The notes beneath the pieces are model-generated. The model had not been told where the DNA came from. It saw only the letters and a program-made list of their open reading frames with translations, and did no database searches. The position numbers and the translations under genes were made by a program. From Octopus sinensis (taxonomy: Eukaryota), in the NCBI RefSeq assembly GCF_006345805.1, contig NC_043009.1:9176001-9240000 (forward strand): a DNA stretch of 64,000 nucleotides, written 5' to 3'. Each line of letters starts with the position of its first letter. Positions within the stretch are counted from its first letter, which is position 1. This document shows positions 9,061 through 21,969 of this stretch, in pieces.

Positions 9061-11645
9061 ATCATCATCATCATCATCACCGATTAACGTCCGTTTTCCA
9101 TGCTGGCATGGGTTAGACGGTTCGACCGGGGTCTGGGAAGCCACAAGGCTGCCCCAGGCTCCGGTCTTATCTGGCAATGTTTCTACAGCTGGATGCCCTT
9201 CCTAATGCCAACCACTCCGTGAGTGTAGTGGGTGCTTTTTACGTGCCACCTGCACTGGAGCCAGGTGAGGCTGGCATCGGCCACGGTCGGATTGGTGCAT
9301 TTTACGTGCCACCTGCATGGAAGCCAGTCGAGGCGGCACTGGCTTCGGCCACGATTCGGATGGTGCTTTTTACGTGCCACCGACACGGAAGCCAGTTGAG
9401 GTGGCGCTGGCATCGGCCACGATTTGGATAGTGCTTTTTACGTATCTCCAGTCCAGGGGTCCTGGCATTTGCCAGGTGCCAGTCATAGGATTTGTTCAAT
9501 TTCGATTCCGATTTTGATTTCGATTTCACTTGTCCCAACAGGTCTTCGCAAGCAAAGGGGGGTAGGCATAGGTGCCTGTCGTCGGATGAGGTTCGATATC
9601 GACTTCGCTTGCCTCAACAGGTCTTTGTGTGTCCAAGGGAGGAAAGGCATAAGTGGGCTGGACTCACTTGTCCTGCCTGGTCTTCTCACGCACAGCATAT
9701 TTCCAAAGGTCTCAGTCGCTGGTCATTTCCTCAGTGAGACCTAAAGTTTGAAGGTCGTGCTTCACCACCTCGTCCCAAGTTTTCCTGGGTCTACCTCTTC
9801 CACGGGTTCCCTCCACTGCTAGGGATTGGCACTTTTTCACACACCTATCTTCATCCATTCTCGCCACATGACCATACCAGCGCAATTGTCTCTCTTGCAC
9901 ACCACAACTGATGCTCCTTAAGTCCAACATTTCTCTCAGGGTACTAACGCTCTGTCGAGCATGCACACTGACATTACACATCCATCGGAGCATACTGGTT
10001 TCATTTCTCGTGAGCTTACGCATGTCCTCAGCAGTCACAGCCCATGTTTCACTGCCATGTAGCATGGCTGTTCGTACACATGCATCATACAGTCTGCCTT
10101 TTACTCTGAGCGAGAGGCCTTTAGTCACCAGCAGAGGTAAGAGCTCCCTAAACTTTGCCCAGGCTATTCTTACTCTAGCCATTACACTTTCAGCACACCC
10201 ACCCCCACTACTGACTTGGTCACCAAGATAACGGAAGCTATCAACTACTTCTAGTTTTTCCCCCTGGAAAGTGACGGAAGTTGTTTTCTGCAGATTTTCA
10301 GAGGTTAATGCTCCCGAGCATCTGCCACATACAAAAACTATCTTCCCAGTTAGCCTTCCTTTGACATTGCTGCACCTCTTATGTGTCCATAGCTTACACT
10401 AGGTACATCTTATAGAGTTTCTACCTACACCTTTTCTACAGATCGAGCAGGGCCATCTTCCTGAAGACATTTGTGGATTGTCTACCCTCCTACTTATTAG
10501 TACTTTGGTTTTAGCTAGGTTGACTCTAAGGCCCCTCGATTCTAGACCCTCCTTCCACACCTGGAACTTCTCCTCCAGTTCTGATAGTGACTCAGCAATT
10601 AGAGCAAGGTCGTCAGCATACAGGAGCTCCCAGGGGCATCCTGTCTTGAATTCCTCCGTTATTGCCTGGAGGACTATGATAAATAGGAGGGGACTGAGGA
10701 CTAAACCTTGGTGGACCCCAACTTCTACCCGGAATTCTTCACTGTACTCGTTGCCAACCCTCACCTTACTAGCAGCGTCTCTGTACATGGCTCGCACAGC
10801 TCTCACTAACCATTCATCTATCCCTAGTTTCCTCATTGACCACCAGATAAGGGATCGGGGGACCCTGTCAAAGGCTTTCTCCATGTCAATAAAAGCCAGG
10901 TACAGGGGCTTATCTTTGGCTAGGAATTTCTCCTGCAGCTGTCTTACCAGGAATATAGCATCAGTAGTACTTTTCCCTGGCACGAACCCAAACTGCATCT
11001 CATCTAAGCTAACTCTCTCTCTAATTAATTGGGCTATAACCTTCTCCGTAACCTTCATTACCTGATCCAGCAGCTTGATACCCCTGTAGTTATTTGTATC
11101 TAGGGCATCACCTTTACCTTTGTAGCAGTTGACTATTATGCTGCTACACCAGTCATTGGGTATGACTCCTTCGTGTATCACCTGGTTAACTATACGGGTG
11201 ACTAGGCTATAGCCGACACTACCAGATATTTTGAGCATCTCTGCAGTAATTCCTGATGGGCCTGGGGCTTTCCCTGTTTTCATGCTTGTAATTGCCTTAA
11301 CTACTAAGGAACTGTTAACTCGGATTGCTGGTCCCTCTGTTGGGTCGACATTCGGCAGACTCTCTTTATCCCATTCATTTTCCTCATTCAGCAACCTTTC
11401 ATAGTGGCGTCTCCAAGCCTCTCTCTTTGCATCCTCATTTAGCGCAAGTGAACCGTCATCCTTGCGAACACATTTCTTTCCTACCACGTCACGATTCTCT
11501 CTCACACACTGTCTTGCAACACGAAATACCTCAAGTCTTTCATCCTCACGGCGCAGAACATTGGCAAATTTTTTCTTATCTGCTTCCCCTCTGGCTAGAT
11601 AGACCTGTCTCCTAGCTTCCCTTCTGGCAGTCTGATACACTTCCC
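9061..11645 (-). mobile_element. RTE-clade LINE, 5'-truncated, young
   Basis: RT domain, C-terminal region, VNTR-containing 3'UTR and (GAT)n tail. Confidence 0.92.
9712..11645 (-). pseudogene. RTE ORF2 fragment: reverse transcriptase + PHD-like finger + C-terminal domain, one premature stop
   Basis: Motifs NYRGIKLL, QFGFVPGKSTTDAIF, FIDMEKAFDRV, GVHQGLVLSPLLF, YADD, WYGHVARM, RGRPRKTW. ORFs 10399-11688 and 9712-10182 are in the same frame, separated only by TAG at 10399-10401. Confidence 0.9.
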
Positions 11646-12297
11646 TGCAAAATGTCTGTGTATCTGTGTGTCCTTTATACAGATCCACAGTTTTTCACAT
11701 AAAAGGCTCGCATTTTCTATGGTCTTTCAAAACTGTCTGTGGGTGGTCGTGAAGATGTTTTTATTTCCCCAGTCACCCCAGAAAGCTATTATAAAAAATT
11801 GATAAACCGACCCCCTTATGCCCATAAGTTATGGGCATATCCATTCAAAATCGCTAAAACATAGAAATTTGTACACGGTGTGTGCGTACAGCTAGATACA
11901 CCAATAGACTGCCAGCTGTTTTTTGATTGGACGGAGATAATTTTACCCTTGACGGTTGAATGCACGTGCGCATTTGCAGACTCATTTGTATGACTCAGGG
12001 CATTTTTGTGTTTCTGTGTAGCAGCAGAATGGACTTTGATAAGCCCACTCTGTTTCAAATATTTGAACCTGTTTGCTAATGTGAAGAAACCTTCCTACCA
12101 GTTATGGAAACCTTTAAAAGAGGTTTATGGGTGCTGCTGCTGCTCCGTGTTTGACTATGCTATTATGAAGGAAGAATTAATTTTGAAATTATTTTGGAAA
12201 TTGTATATTTTTTATTGTATCTTGGGAAGGTCATTATGCCAATAATAAATACATGCACTGGTTCATTTTACTTCTTTTATTATTATTAATCAATTTA

Positions 12298-12510
12298 AGG
12301 TGGTGAGCTGGCAGAATCATTAGCACAGTAGACAAAAGATTAGCGGTATTTTGTCTGCCTGACGTTCTGAGTTCAAATTCCACTGAGTTTGACTTTGTCT
12401 TTCATCTTTTTGGAATTGGTAAAATAAGCACCAGTTGAGCACTGGGGTGAATGTAATCAACAAGCCCCTTCAACCCCAAATTTCTGGTCTTGTACCTATA
12501 GCAGAAAGAT
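12298..12510 (+). mobile_element. tRNA-derived SINE family 2
   Basis: GGTGGTGAGCTGGCAGAATC head; homologous to other copies. Confidence 0.7.
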
Positions 12511-12767
12511 TTATTATTAATCAATTAGCCATTTCACCAACTAGCTAATCAGTTGTTTGATTGTTTAATCAATCAATTAATCACCTTGGGTTATCAAAGT
12601 CATGTCATCACTATTAAGAATCTCATCATCAATGTCATACTCTCTCTTATCAAGTTTTGCTTTGGGTTTAACCCTCCTGGGATACAACAAAATCAGTTTC
12701 AGCACATGAGCTCAGATGAAGAATCATGCAAGCTAAATACAGAAATAAAACATATTTTATATCATTT

Positions 12768-13225
12768 CATCATCATCATCGTTTAACGTCTGTTTTCTGT
12801 GTTAGCACAGGTTGGACGGTTTTTAACGGGGTCTGGGAAGCCAGGAGGCTGTACCAGGCTCCAGTCTGATCTGGCAGTGTTTCTACAGCTGGATACCCTT
12901 CCTAATGCCAACCACTCTGTGAATGTAATGGGTGCTTTTTACGTGCCACCAGCACAGGTGCCAGGGGAGGCTGGCAGCGGCCACAATCAGTTGGTGCTTT
13001 TTACATGTCACCGGTACAGAAGGCAGTCAAGGCAGCACTGGCATCAACCACATTCGGATGGTGCTTCGGCCACATTAGAATGGTGCTTTTTATGTGCTAC
13101 CGGCACAGGTATCACAACTACAATTTCCATTTGATATTTAATTTGATGTTGATGTACTTGACTCAATAGGTCTCCTCAAGCACAGCAGGTCACCCTATGA
13201 TCCAAGGTAAGCACAGCAGGTCGTT
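12768..13225 (-). mobile_element. RTE LINE 3'-end copy
   Basis: CATCATC-GTTTAACGTC.. reverse orientation of the RTE 3'UTR. Confidence 0.8.
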
Positions 13226-13730
13226 TGTTTTATATTATTTACTTTCAGGTATTTTAACCCCCAACATTATAAGGGAGTTGTCCCCCAAGCACTGTCCCAC
13301 AGTGAATCTGATGAATGAATGAATCACAAGCATTGAGTATGTGTGATTGATAATGTTTACATCACTAACACTGCTTTTAATTCCTTACTGAATTTTATCT
13401 TTCTTGTGCATTGCCATGGTACATCATCGAATAGTTTTTACACTATTCATTTATAATCATAGACTGGCAATTCGATTTGTCTCTTGTTCAATTCAGGTAT
13501 GTGATCTTAATAAGCCACAAAAATGACAAAATATCAATTATCCATTACACCTGAATTCAATCCAAGGCAGGTTGTCTTACCTGTCTATGACTTTCTGCTG
13601 TTTTAACTTTAGTGAGTCTGGGGAACAAAAAAACACTTACATTGAGTATGTACAGTCAATATTAATTACACTTATATAATCAAGGTTCATTACTTCTCAC
13701 AATTTTAAGTTTATTATTTTGTTTGTTTGT

Positions 13731-13774
<44 letters not shown>

Positions 13775-13778
<4 letters not shown>

Positions 13779-14087
13779 TCAAAATCGAAATTGATCAACA
13801 TCAATGGAAATTGTAGCTGTGATACCAGTGCCGGTGGCATGTAAGAGAACCATCCGAACGTGCCCGTTGCCAGCGCCACCCCAACTGGCTTCCATGCCAG
13901 TGGCACGTAAAAAGCATCCACTACACTCACGGAGTGGTTGGCGTTAGGAAGGGCATCCAGCCGTAGAAATATTGCCAGATCAGACTGGGCTTGGTGCAGC
14001 CTTCTGGCTTCCCAGACCCCAGTTGAACCATCCAACCCATGCTAGCATGGAAAGCGGACGCTAAACGATGATGATGATGATGATGAT
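13775..14087 (+). mobile_element. RTE LINE 3'-end copy
   Basis: 3'UTR plus GAT tail. Confidence 0.85.
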
Positions 14088-14789
14088 ATATTTTGTAATG
14101 GTATAATTCTTAGAATGAGCCAGTGAGGAAACCTATATGGGTTGGTCAATCTGCTAGAAATAACAACCAAATCTCTATCAAACCACTCTCTCATCATTGT
14201 TGTTATCATTATTGGTGTCAGTGTTGTTGTTGTTGCTGTTGGCATTGCTACTTTTACCATGCTGACATAGATTGGACAACTGTTCTTGAAGCAACAATCT
14301 CAGGTCAGATGCACTTCTTTGTGCCAACTTTTATTTTTTTTTTAATTTTTTATTTTTTTTTAATGTAAGCTAATCCATTCAATGTCTTCACATCTCAAGC
14401 TTCTGAGCTGCTGGACATTTTGTTCATGTGGCAGATAAGCAACATCACCTCCAATAAAGAGCTTTCAATGCAAAGACACACAGAGACAAATACATATGCA
14501 TGTATATGTATACACACACATATGTGCATATTTACACACTCACTCACATTTATACATATGTATAATTAGCTTCTGTAGTTTTCGTGTGGTCACAGCAGAA
14601 AACACCTGTCCAGAGTGTATCACTGAGATTGAACTTGAAACCATGTGGTTGTGAAACAAACTGCTGAACCACAAAGCCATGCTTCTGCTTATATCCTTAA
14701 AAATGTATCATCTTAAAAATGAAGCACTTGTAATACACACTAGGCCTTACAAAAATACTGTATTTGATAGCATAAGCACTTGCATATTA

Positions 14790-15040
14790 AAAATATATGC
14801 ACCCTTTTAAAGCCTAGCCAGGCTCATGGGCCCAGTTTCTCGGTTTCTATGGCATATGTGTTCCCCAGCTGGATGGGACGCCAGTCCATTGCAGCGTTAC
14901 TCATTTTTGCCAGCTGAGTGGACTGGAGCAACGTGAAGTGTTTTGCTCAAAAACACAACATGTCACCTGGTCCAGGAATTGAAACCACAATCTTGCGATC
15001 ATGATGCTGACACCCTAACCTCTAAGTCACGCGCCTCCAC
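14790..15040 (-). mobile_element. tRNA-derived SINE family 4 (GTGGAGGCGCGTG.. head on minus strand)
   Basis: Plus strand ..GAAACCACAATCTTGCGATCATGATGCTGACACCCTAACC..GCGCCTCCAC. Homologous to 53855-54070 and 54085-54600. Confidence 0.65.
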
Positions 15041-15718
15041 ACTTACATATTAAACACTCCCTAATTTCAGAATTACATTTAAAGGGAAAATGTTTTCAGT
15101 GCCATGAAGCTTATAGGGGGACCAACTTTGCATACAAGACCTAGGGTGATTCTTTTGAGAGATTTATTTTGGAAAAAAGTGTGTCTTTTACACCATCAAA
15201 TATAGTAGATATATACAAATGTGGCACAGCACTAGCTGTAATACTTTGTTTCAGACAGGATGGTCACGACTAGGACACCTTTGATCATTAGTCTATTTGA
15301 TCCGAGTTGACTTAGGACAAAACAACAACAACAAGAACAATTCCTAGGATTGGAGGTATTCTTTTAATTACTAATATATATGTAACATTTTAATCGATAT
15401 TGTCTTCTTCAAATCTCAGTTCTAAATAACCTACCTTACTAAAATTTATACCTCGTTAATATAATATTAAATATTGTAAAAACTAATGTAAGAAATAATG
15501 ATTTTTTTTTTTTATGTGAGAAATCAATATTATAATATTAAATGAGGCAAACATAAAAAAAATTACAGACATAAAAAAAAATTGTTTCTAGCACTCTAGA
15601 TATTAATAATCTATATCAATCATTCTTTAATAAATTTCTTTTTTTCCTCATGGGAAAATTGTTCCTCATACATATATTAGCTACCTGTACATTAAATCAA
15701 AATTTTATAAAACTATAT

Positions 15719-15772
<54 letters not shown>

Positions 15773-15844
15773 TGTGTGTGTGTATGCTATAAAACAAGCA
15801 TACATTTTATTTATATAAATTTTATAAAGCAAACATGTGTAGCC

Positions 15845-16255
15845 AGGCGTAGGCATGGCTATGTGGTTGAGAATGCTACTTTGCAACCATCTGGTTTTAG
15901 GTTCAGTCCCATAGAGTGGCACCTTGGGCTAGTGACTTCTGCTGTAATCCCAGGCCAATTAATGCCTTGTGAATGAATTTGATAGATGAAAACTGTGTGG
16001 GAACTGGTTATATATGTGTGTGTGTGTGTGTGTGTGTATGCATATACGTGTATGTGTACGTGTTTTTGTGTCTGTGTTTATCCTTCACCACTGCTTGACA
16101 ACTGGTGTTGGTTTGTTTATGTCCCCATGACTTACCATTTTGGCAAAAGTGTACCAAACTTAGAAATAAGCTCTGGATTTGATTTGTACAGCTAAAGCGT
16201 TTTCAAGGTGGTGCTCCAGTATGGTCGTAGTCAATTGACTGAAACTAATAAAAGA
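15845..16255 (+). mobile_element. SINE family 1, degenerate
   Basis: Same head / microsatellite / 3' body layout. Confidence 0.6.
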
Positions 16256-16814
16256 AGATACATGTGTGTATGCTTTGCCTGTATGTGCACGTATGTATGT
16301 GTGTGTGTACACGCTTGTGTTTACTAAGTGAGGCTGAATCTTCAAGAAGTTCTTCCTGCAATCAAGATGTCATTGGTTCAATCTCACGGCTTTTTGGTTG
16401 AAGCTGATTCTTATGGATGGTTGTTGTTTCACCCCATATCAAGCTTGATCATAGCAGATCTATGAGCAGAAGCATTCCAGCTTTGACACTATTCTTTTTT
16501 TTTTATTTTAAATATCTATGACCACTTTGTCCAGTGTATCCTTCCTTGTTTTCATTATCACAGCTGCTGGTAGTGATGGAGGAGCAGTCTACCCCAGGCA
16601 GCCCTTTTGAGTCTGTTGTATATAGCCTGTGTAGACTGTATTTAAAAAATTTTTTTGTGAGGGCCCAAAGTAGGTGAGAGCAAACTTAAGGGCAGTCCTG
16701 GGCAGCACACATGCTGGTTACACTACCTCTTGCTTTAAAATGAAAAGCTGAGATTTAAAGGACATAGACAACTATTTCTCGCAAGTGAAGCACCCCTCAT
16801 ATAAGGTAGCATAG

Positions 16815-17605
16815 AATCGTTGTTTAATGTCCACTTTCCATGTGGGCATGGGTTGGATGGTTTGACTGAGGACTGGCAAACCAGAAGGCTGCACAAGGCT
16901 CCAATCCGATCTAGCAAAGTTTCTACAGCTAGATGCCCTTCCTTATGCCAACCACTCCGAGAGTGTAGTGGGTGCTTTTTACATGCCACTGGCATGAGGG
17001 CAGTACTGGCATCGACTACTCTTGAATGGTGCTTTTTAAATGCCACAAGCATAGGAGCCAGTCAGGCAGCACTGGCAATGGCTATGCTTGAATGGTGCTT
17101 TTATGTACTACTGCACAAGACCAGTCAGTCAGCCCTGGCATCAACCACTCTCGAATGTTGCATTTTACATGCCACTTGCATGGGTGCCAGTCAGATGGTA
17201 CTGTCATCAGCCATGACACGACTTCAATTATCTCAACAGGTCTTCGCAAATGCAGTTTATTGAAGGGTACTCTTAAATGGGCCAGTTATGCTGCACTGGC
17301 ATAGGCCATAGTTACAATTTCACTTGGTTTACCAGGTCTTCTCAAGCATAGCATTTTTCCAAAGGTCACTTGTCATTGACTTAGTGAGGCTCAACATTCG
17401 AAGGTCAAGCTTCACCACCTCATTCCATGTTTTCCTGGGTCTACCTCTTTTACAGGTTTCCTCTACTGCTAGGGTGTGACACTTTTTCACACAGTTGTCC
17501 TTATTCATACACAACACATGACTATACCAGCGCAGTTGTCTCTCTTGCACACCACATCTGATGCTTCTTAAATCCAACTTTTCTCTCAGTGTATACACAC
17601 TGACA
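16815..17605 (-). mobile_element. Older RTE LINE 3' fragment
   Basis: Translates ..LREKLDLRSIRCGVQERQLRWYSHVLCM..RGRPRKTWNEVVKLDL.., followed by the 3'UTR. Confidence 0.8.
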
Positions 17606-17625
17606 TTACACAACCTATATGTATA

Positions 17626-18011
17626 TTCTTTTATTATTTTACTTGTTTCAGTTATTTGACTGTGGCCATGCTGGAGCACCACCTTTTAGTCGAGCAAATC
17701 GACCCCAGGACTTATTCTTTCGGTCTCTTTTTGCCGAACTGCTAAGTTACGAGGATGTAAACACACCAGCATCGGATGTCAAGCAATGTTGGGGGTGACA
17801 AACACAGACACACAAACAAACACAGACACACACACACACACACATATATGACAGGCTTCTTTCAGTTTCCGTCTACCAAATCCACTCACAAGGCTTTGGT
17901 CGGCCCGAGGCTATAGCAGAAGACACTTGCCCAAGGTACTATGCAGTGGGACTGAACCCGGAACCATGTGGCTGGTAAACAAGCTACTTACCACACAGCC
18001 ACTCCTGCGCC
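17626..18011 (-). mobile_element. SINE family 1
   Basis: Full head-to-tail copy with (GAGTAAAA)-like tail. Confidence 0.85.
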
Positions 18012-18150
18012 TATAAACATAGTATGTATGTATATATATGTATGTATATGTGTATATATATATATATATGTGTGTGTGTGTAAATAAATAGACATAATAT
18101 AATGTCTAAAAGTTGATGAACACCACCTCTTGATCCCTCCATTTTCTTAT

Positions 18151-18470
<320 letters not shown>

Positions 18471-18900
18471 TCACTATATTTGTGTATGTGGTGTATAATG
18501 TTTATACATTGTGCACCGCAAACACAAATATATGTGAAATGAAGTTAAGCCATGAGTTTAACCTATAAATATGTTAATATTAACAATGTTTTCCTCAAAT
18601 TCATGTTAAAAGAAAGAAAAACAAAACAAGACAAGGAAAAGATCACATGATTTTTTTAGCATATGTATTTATACATAAATATCACATGATTTATCCATTC
18701 ACACACACACGTGCGTGCATACACACAAACATACATATGTGTGTGTGTGTGTGTCTGAGTTTGTGTGTCTGTTTATAAAAATCAACCTTGTATAACAGTT
18801 AAAATATTGTAAATGCGAGAAAATAACTGAGTGGATAATATATTGAATTACTGGCTTAGAAGTTCAAATATGTTGTGGATAATGTTTTATAAGGCAGAAT

Positions 18901-19253
18901 GTGGAGGCGCAATGGCCCAGTGGTTAGGGCAGTGAACTCGCAGTTGTAGGATCGCGGTTTTAATTCCCACCTAGAACTCCATGAGGCTCTGGCAGAGGAG
19001 GGTGGTGGCAAACCCTGGTGTACTCTTTCACCACAACTTTCTCTCACTCTTTCTTTCTGTTTCTGTTCTACCTGTGTTTCGAAGGGCCAGCCTTGTCACA
19101 CTCTGTGTCACACTGAATCCCCCTGAGAACTACATTAAAGATACACATGTCTGTGGAGTACTCAGCCACTTGCAAGTTAATTTCATGAGCAGGTTGTTGT
19201 TGTTCTATTGATTGGATCAACTGGAACCCTTGTCATCATAACCGACGGAGTGC
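18901..19253 (+). mobile_element. tRNA-derived SINE family 3 (GTGGAGGCGCAATGGCCCAGTGGTTAGGG head)
   Basis: tRNA-like A and B boxes. An inverted homolog lies at 20298-20721. Confidence 0.75.
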
Positions 19254-20099
19254 CACCCCTTATAAGGTGGAATATTTTATTTGAAAGAAATATTTTCTAT
19301 CACATCATCTGCATAGAAAATGAATAGTTAAGTTAGTGTTAACATATTTATTGCTGGAAACATCAAAAATCTAATCTGAAATTATGATGAGGTGGGATAC
19401 CTTGTGGTACACAGTTTTTAGAATGGTTGCACTGTATTTCTGAATACCATAAGAGGTAAGAAGAAGATGGACATCCAATCCTAAAACGATGCTTTGAAAA
19501 TTCCTATCCAATCCATGCTTGGAAGGGAAAGCAGATGTAAAATGATAATGAATGTGATGATTATGATGATGAAGATGGTGGTGGTGATGGTGATAGTTAT
19601 GGTGGTGGTGGTGGTGGTGGTAGTGGTGGCATTGATGGTGGTGGTGGTGGTGGGGTGATAATGGTCATGGTGGAGGTGATGGTGTTTGTGGTGGTAGTGT
19701 TGATAATGCAATGGTAAAATCTATACCAGAGGACACTTACACAATCCCACATGGTGGGAATCATGGTGGTTGTGAAACAAAATTCTCACCCATGCAGCCA
19801 TGTCTGCACAAACATGTTTGTGTGTGTATATGTAATCGGTCTTATGTATTTGTGCATGTGTGTATATGTGATCAATCATGTGTATGTGTGCAGATATAGA
19901 TTGTGGGTGTGTATATGTGTGTATGACTAGACATTTATATGTGTTTAGATGACCAACTATGTGTGTCTGTTTTCAGGAACAGAGAAAATGGGCTCAGCTT
20001 TTGTTTGGCATTTTAGGAAAATGAGTTGGCACTGGATGGGTGCTTCACAATTCCATACATAATTCATGGAAGGAAAAGGCGAGGACAAGATCTCTCCGA

Positions 20100-20297
20100 A
20101 CAAATAACAATAATAATTTATTTCACCTGAATAAACATTTCATCTGTGGACATCAGTAGCCTGGACACCTTGGAGTGGAAGCAGCAGGGTTGGTAGTTAG
20201 ACTCAAAAATACGAAGGCATTTCCACAGACTCGCAATGTCTTCGCTGTCAGAATTCCAGCTCTACGGAGCTGGTCTAAGTTGCATCCTGTCTGGTCA
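20100..20297 (-). mobile_element. Possible RLE-clade LINE 3' end
   Basis: Minus strand DQTGCNLDQLRRAGILTAKTLRVCG.. followed by an (ATT)n-like tail. Weak similarity only. Confidence 0.35.
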
Positions 20298-20721
20298 GTA
20301 ATTGGAACTGAAGAGGATGAATGGGTGATCAAACCTAGCTGCTGCTGATTGTTTGTTTGTTGAGCGAAGTGGTCTTCGTCCAGAGTGGGAGAAGTCCAAA
20401 ACGTGGTCCTTTGCTATTCGTAAGACCCGTAGAAGAGAAAGCAGGTCAACCCCTGACACCGAGAGCATTGACGGATGGATGAATGTGCATCCAGGCTCAG
20501 TGGTTGCGTAGGAAGTCGGGGACAAGAAACAGGAAGAATGAGTGAGAGAAAGTTGGAGCGAAAGAGTACAACAGGGGTCGCCACCACCCCCTGCCGGAGC
20601 CTTATGGAGCTTTAGGTGTTTTCGCTCAATAAACACAACATATCGCCCGGTTTGGGAATCGAAACCGCAATCCTCTGACCACGAGTCCACTTCCCTAACC
20701 ACTGGGCCATTGCGCCTCCAC
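20298..20721 (-). mobile_element. tRNA-derived SINE family 3
   Basis: Reverse-complement homolog of 18901-19253. Confidence 0.75.
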
Positions 20722-20946
20722 AGCTGCTGCTGATGATTGCGCATGCACATAAGGGGCTTCTGTCAGATCTCCAGAAAGCTCTAATTCTATGCGCATGCAT
20801 GGACGAATGTTCCACAATGGCATCTAGAACCAGGCGTCACTACAGCATGAAGCTCACTTTAAAACCACGTGGTTTTAGGTTTAGTCCCACTGCACTGGGC
20901 TAGCATCTTCTACCATAGCCCTGGGCTCACCAATGTTTAAGCATAG

Positions 20947-20983
<37 letters not shown>

Positions 20984-21710
20984 TTTGAGTTTGTCCCTCT
21001 TTCCTCTTCCCACTTGGCAACCAGTGTTGGTTTGTTTATATCTAAGCACCTTAGCAGTTGGCTAGAAATAGTTACCAAATCTTCCTTCAATCAGACTTTA
21101 CTATCCTATGTAAGGAAAAGACACACTACATATGTTTATGTATTTGCTTTGCAAGATTCTTGATGTGAAATTGTGTGTTGAAACAAATATTGTTACATTT
21201 TGAGATGATCATTTTTCTTTCTTTTTTTTTGCCAAACAACCACATACACTATATGCTTGTTCCTTACTTCAGCTTTATTATTATTTATATTTTACTGTCC
21301 TTTGTCTGAAATCTTTCATCAAATGGACTAAACAGGACAGGAGGAGACACATGGGATGGAGAGTTGCTGAAGAGGTCACAGGATGTGTGACAAAAGATTT
21401 CAGACAAAGAATACTAAAATAAGAATAATAAAGAAATACATATTACATAATTTAAGTCTTAGATACCCCTGAAAATTAAGACAGTTACAGCTGGAATGCC
21501 AATGGTCTTAAGGTCCAGTTTATCATGGTTGACCTAGTGTTAAGCAACAACAACAATAACAACAGTTACTCTAAACAAACGATCAGAACTAACATCTACT
21601 TACTAACATTAGCAGAAGTTTTATCGGTGAATCAAAATGAGTCTGCTGAGTCACAAATCAAACAAACACTGGTTACTAACATGACTTACCACATTACTTG
21701 TCACCTATAT

Positions 21711-21926
21711 ACTCTTTTACTCTTTTACTTGTTTCAGTTATGTGACTGTGGCCATGCTGGAGTACCGGCTTTAGTTGAGCAAATTGACCCCAGGACTTAT
21801 TCTTTGTAGGCCTAGTACTTATTCTATAGATCTCTTTTGCCAAACTACTAAGTTACGGTGACGTAAACACACCAGCATCGGTTGTCAAGCAATGTTGGGG
21901 GAACAAACACAGACACACAAACATAT

Positions 21927-21969
<43 letters not shown>

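Noticed and set aside
9230-9440. CRISPR-like repeat-spacer appearance
   Set aside because: The units are mutually similar tandem repeats in a LINE 3'UTR, without unique spacers or cas genes, in eukaryotic DNA.
10478-11065. 195-aa plus-strand ORF
   Set aside because: Antisense shadow of the RTE RT; same for 9911-10231 and 37321-37656 (CR1).
18901-18970. tRNA gene-like sequences (also SINE family 1 and 2 heads)
   Set aside because: They have A/B boxes but no complete cloverleaf, and they continue into multi-copy SINE bodies.
19481-19711. His/Thr-rich ORF
   Set aside because: Degenerate (GGT/GAT)n simple repeat; same for 58883-59071 and 59842-60027.
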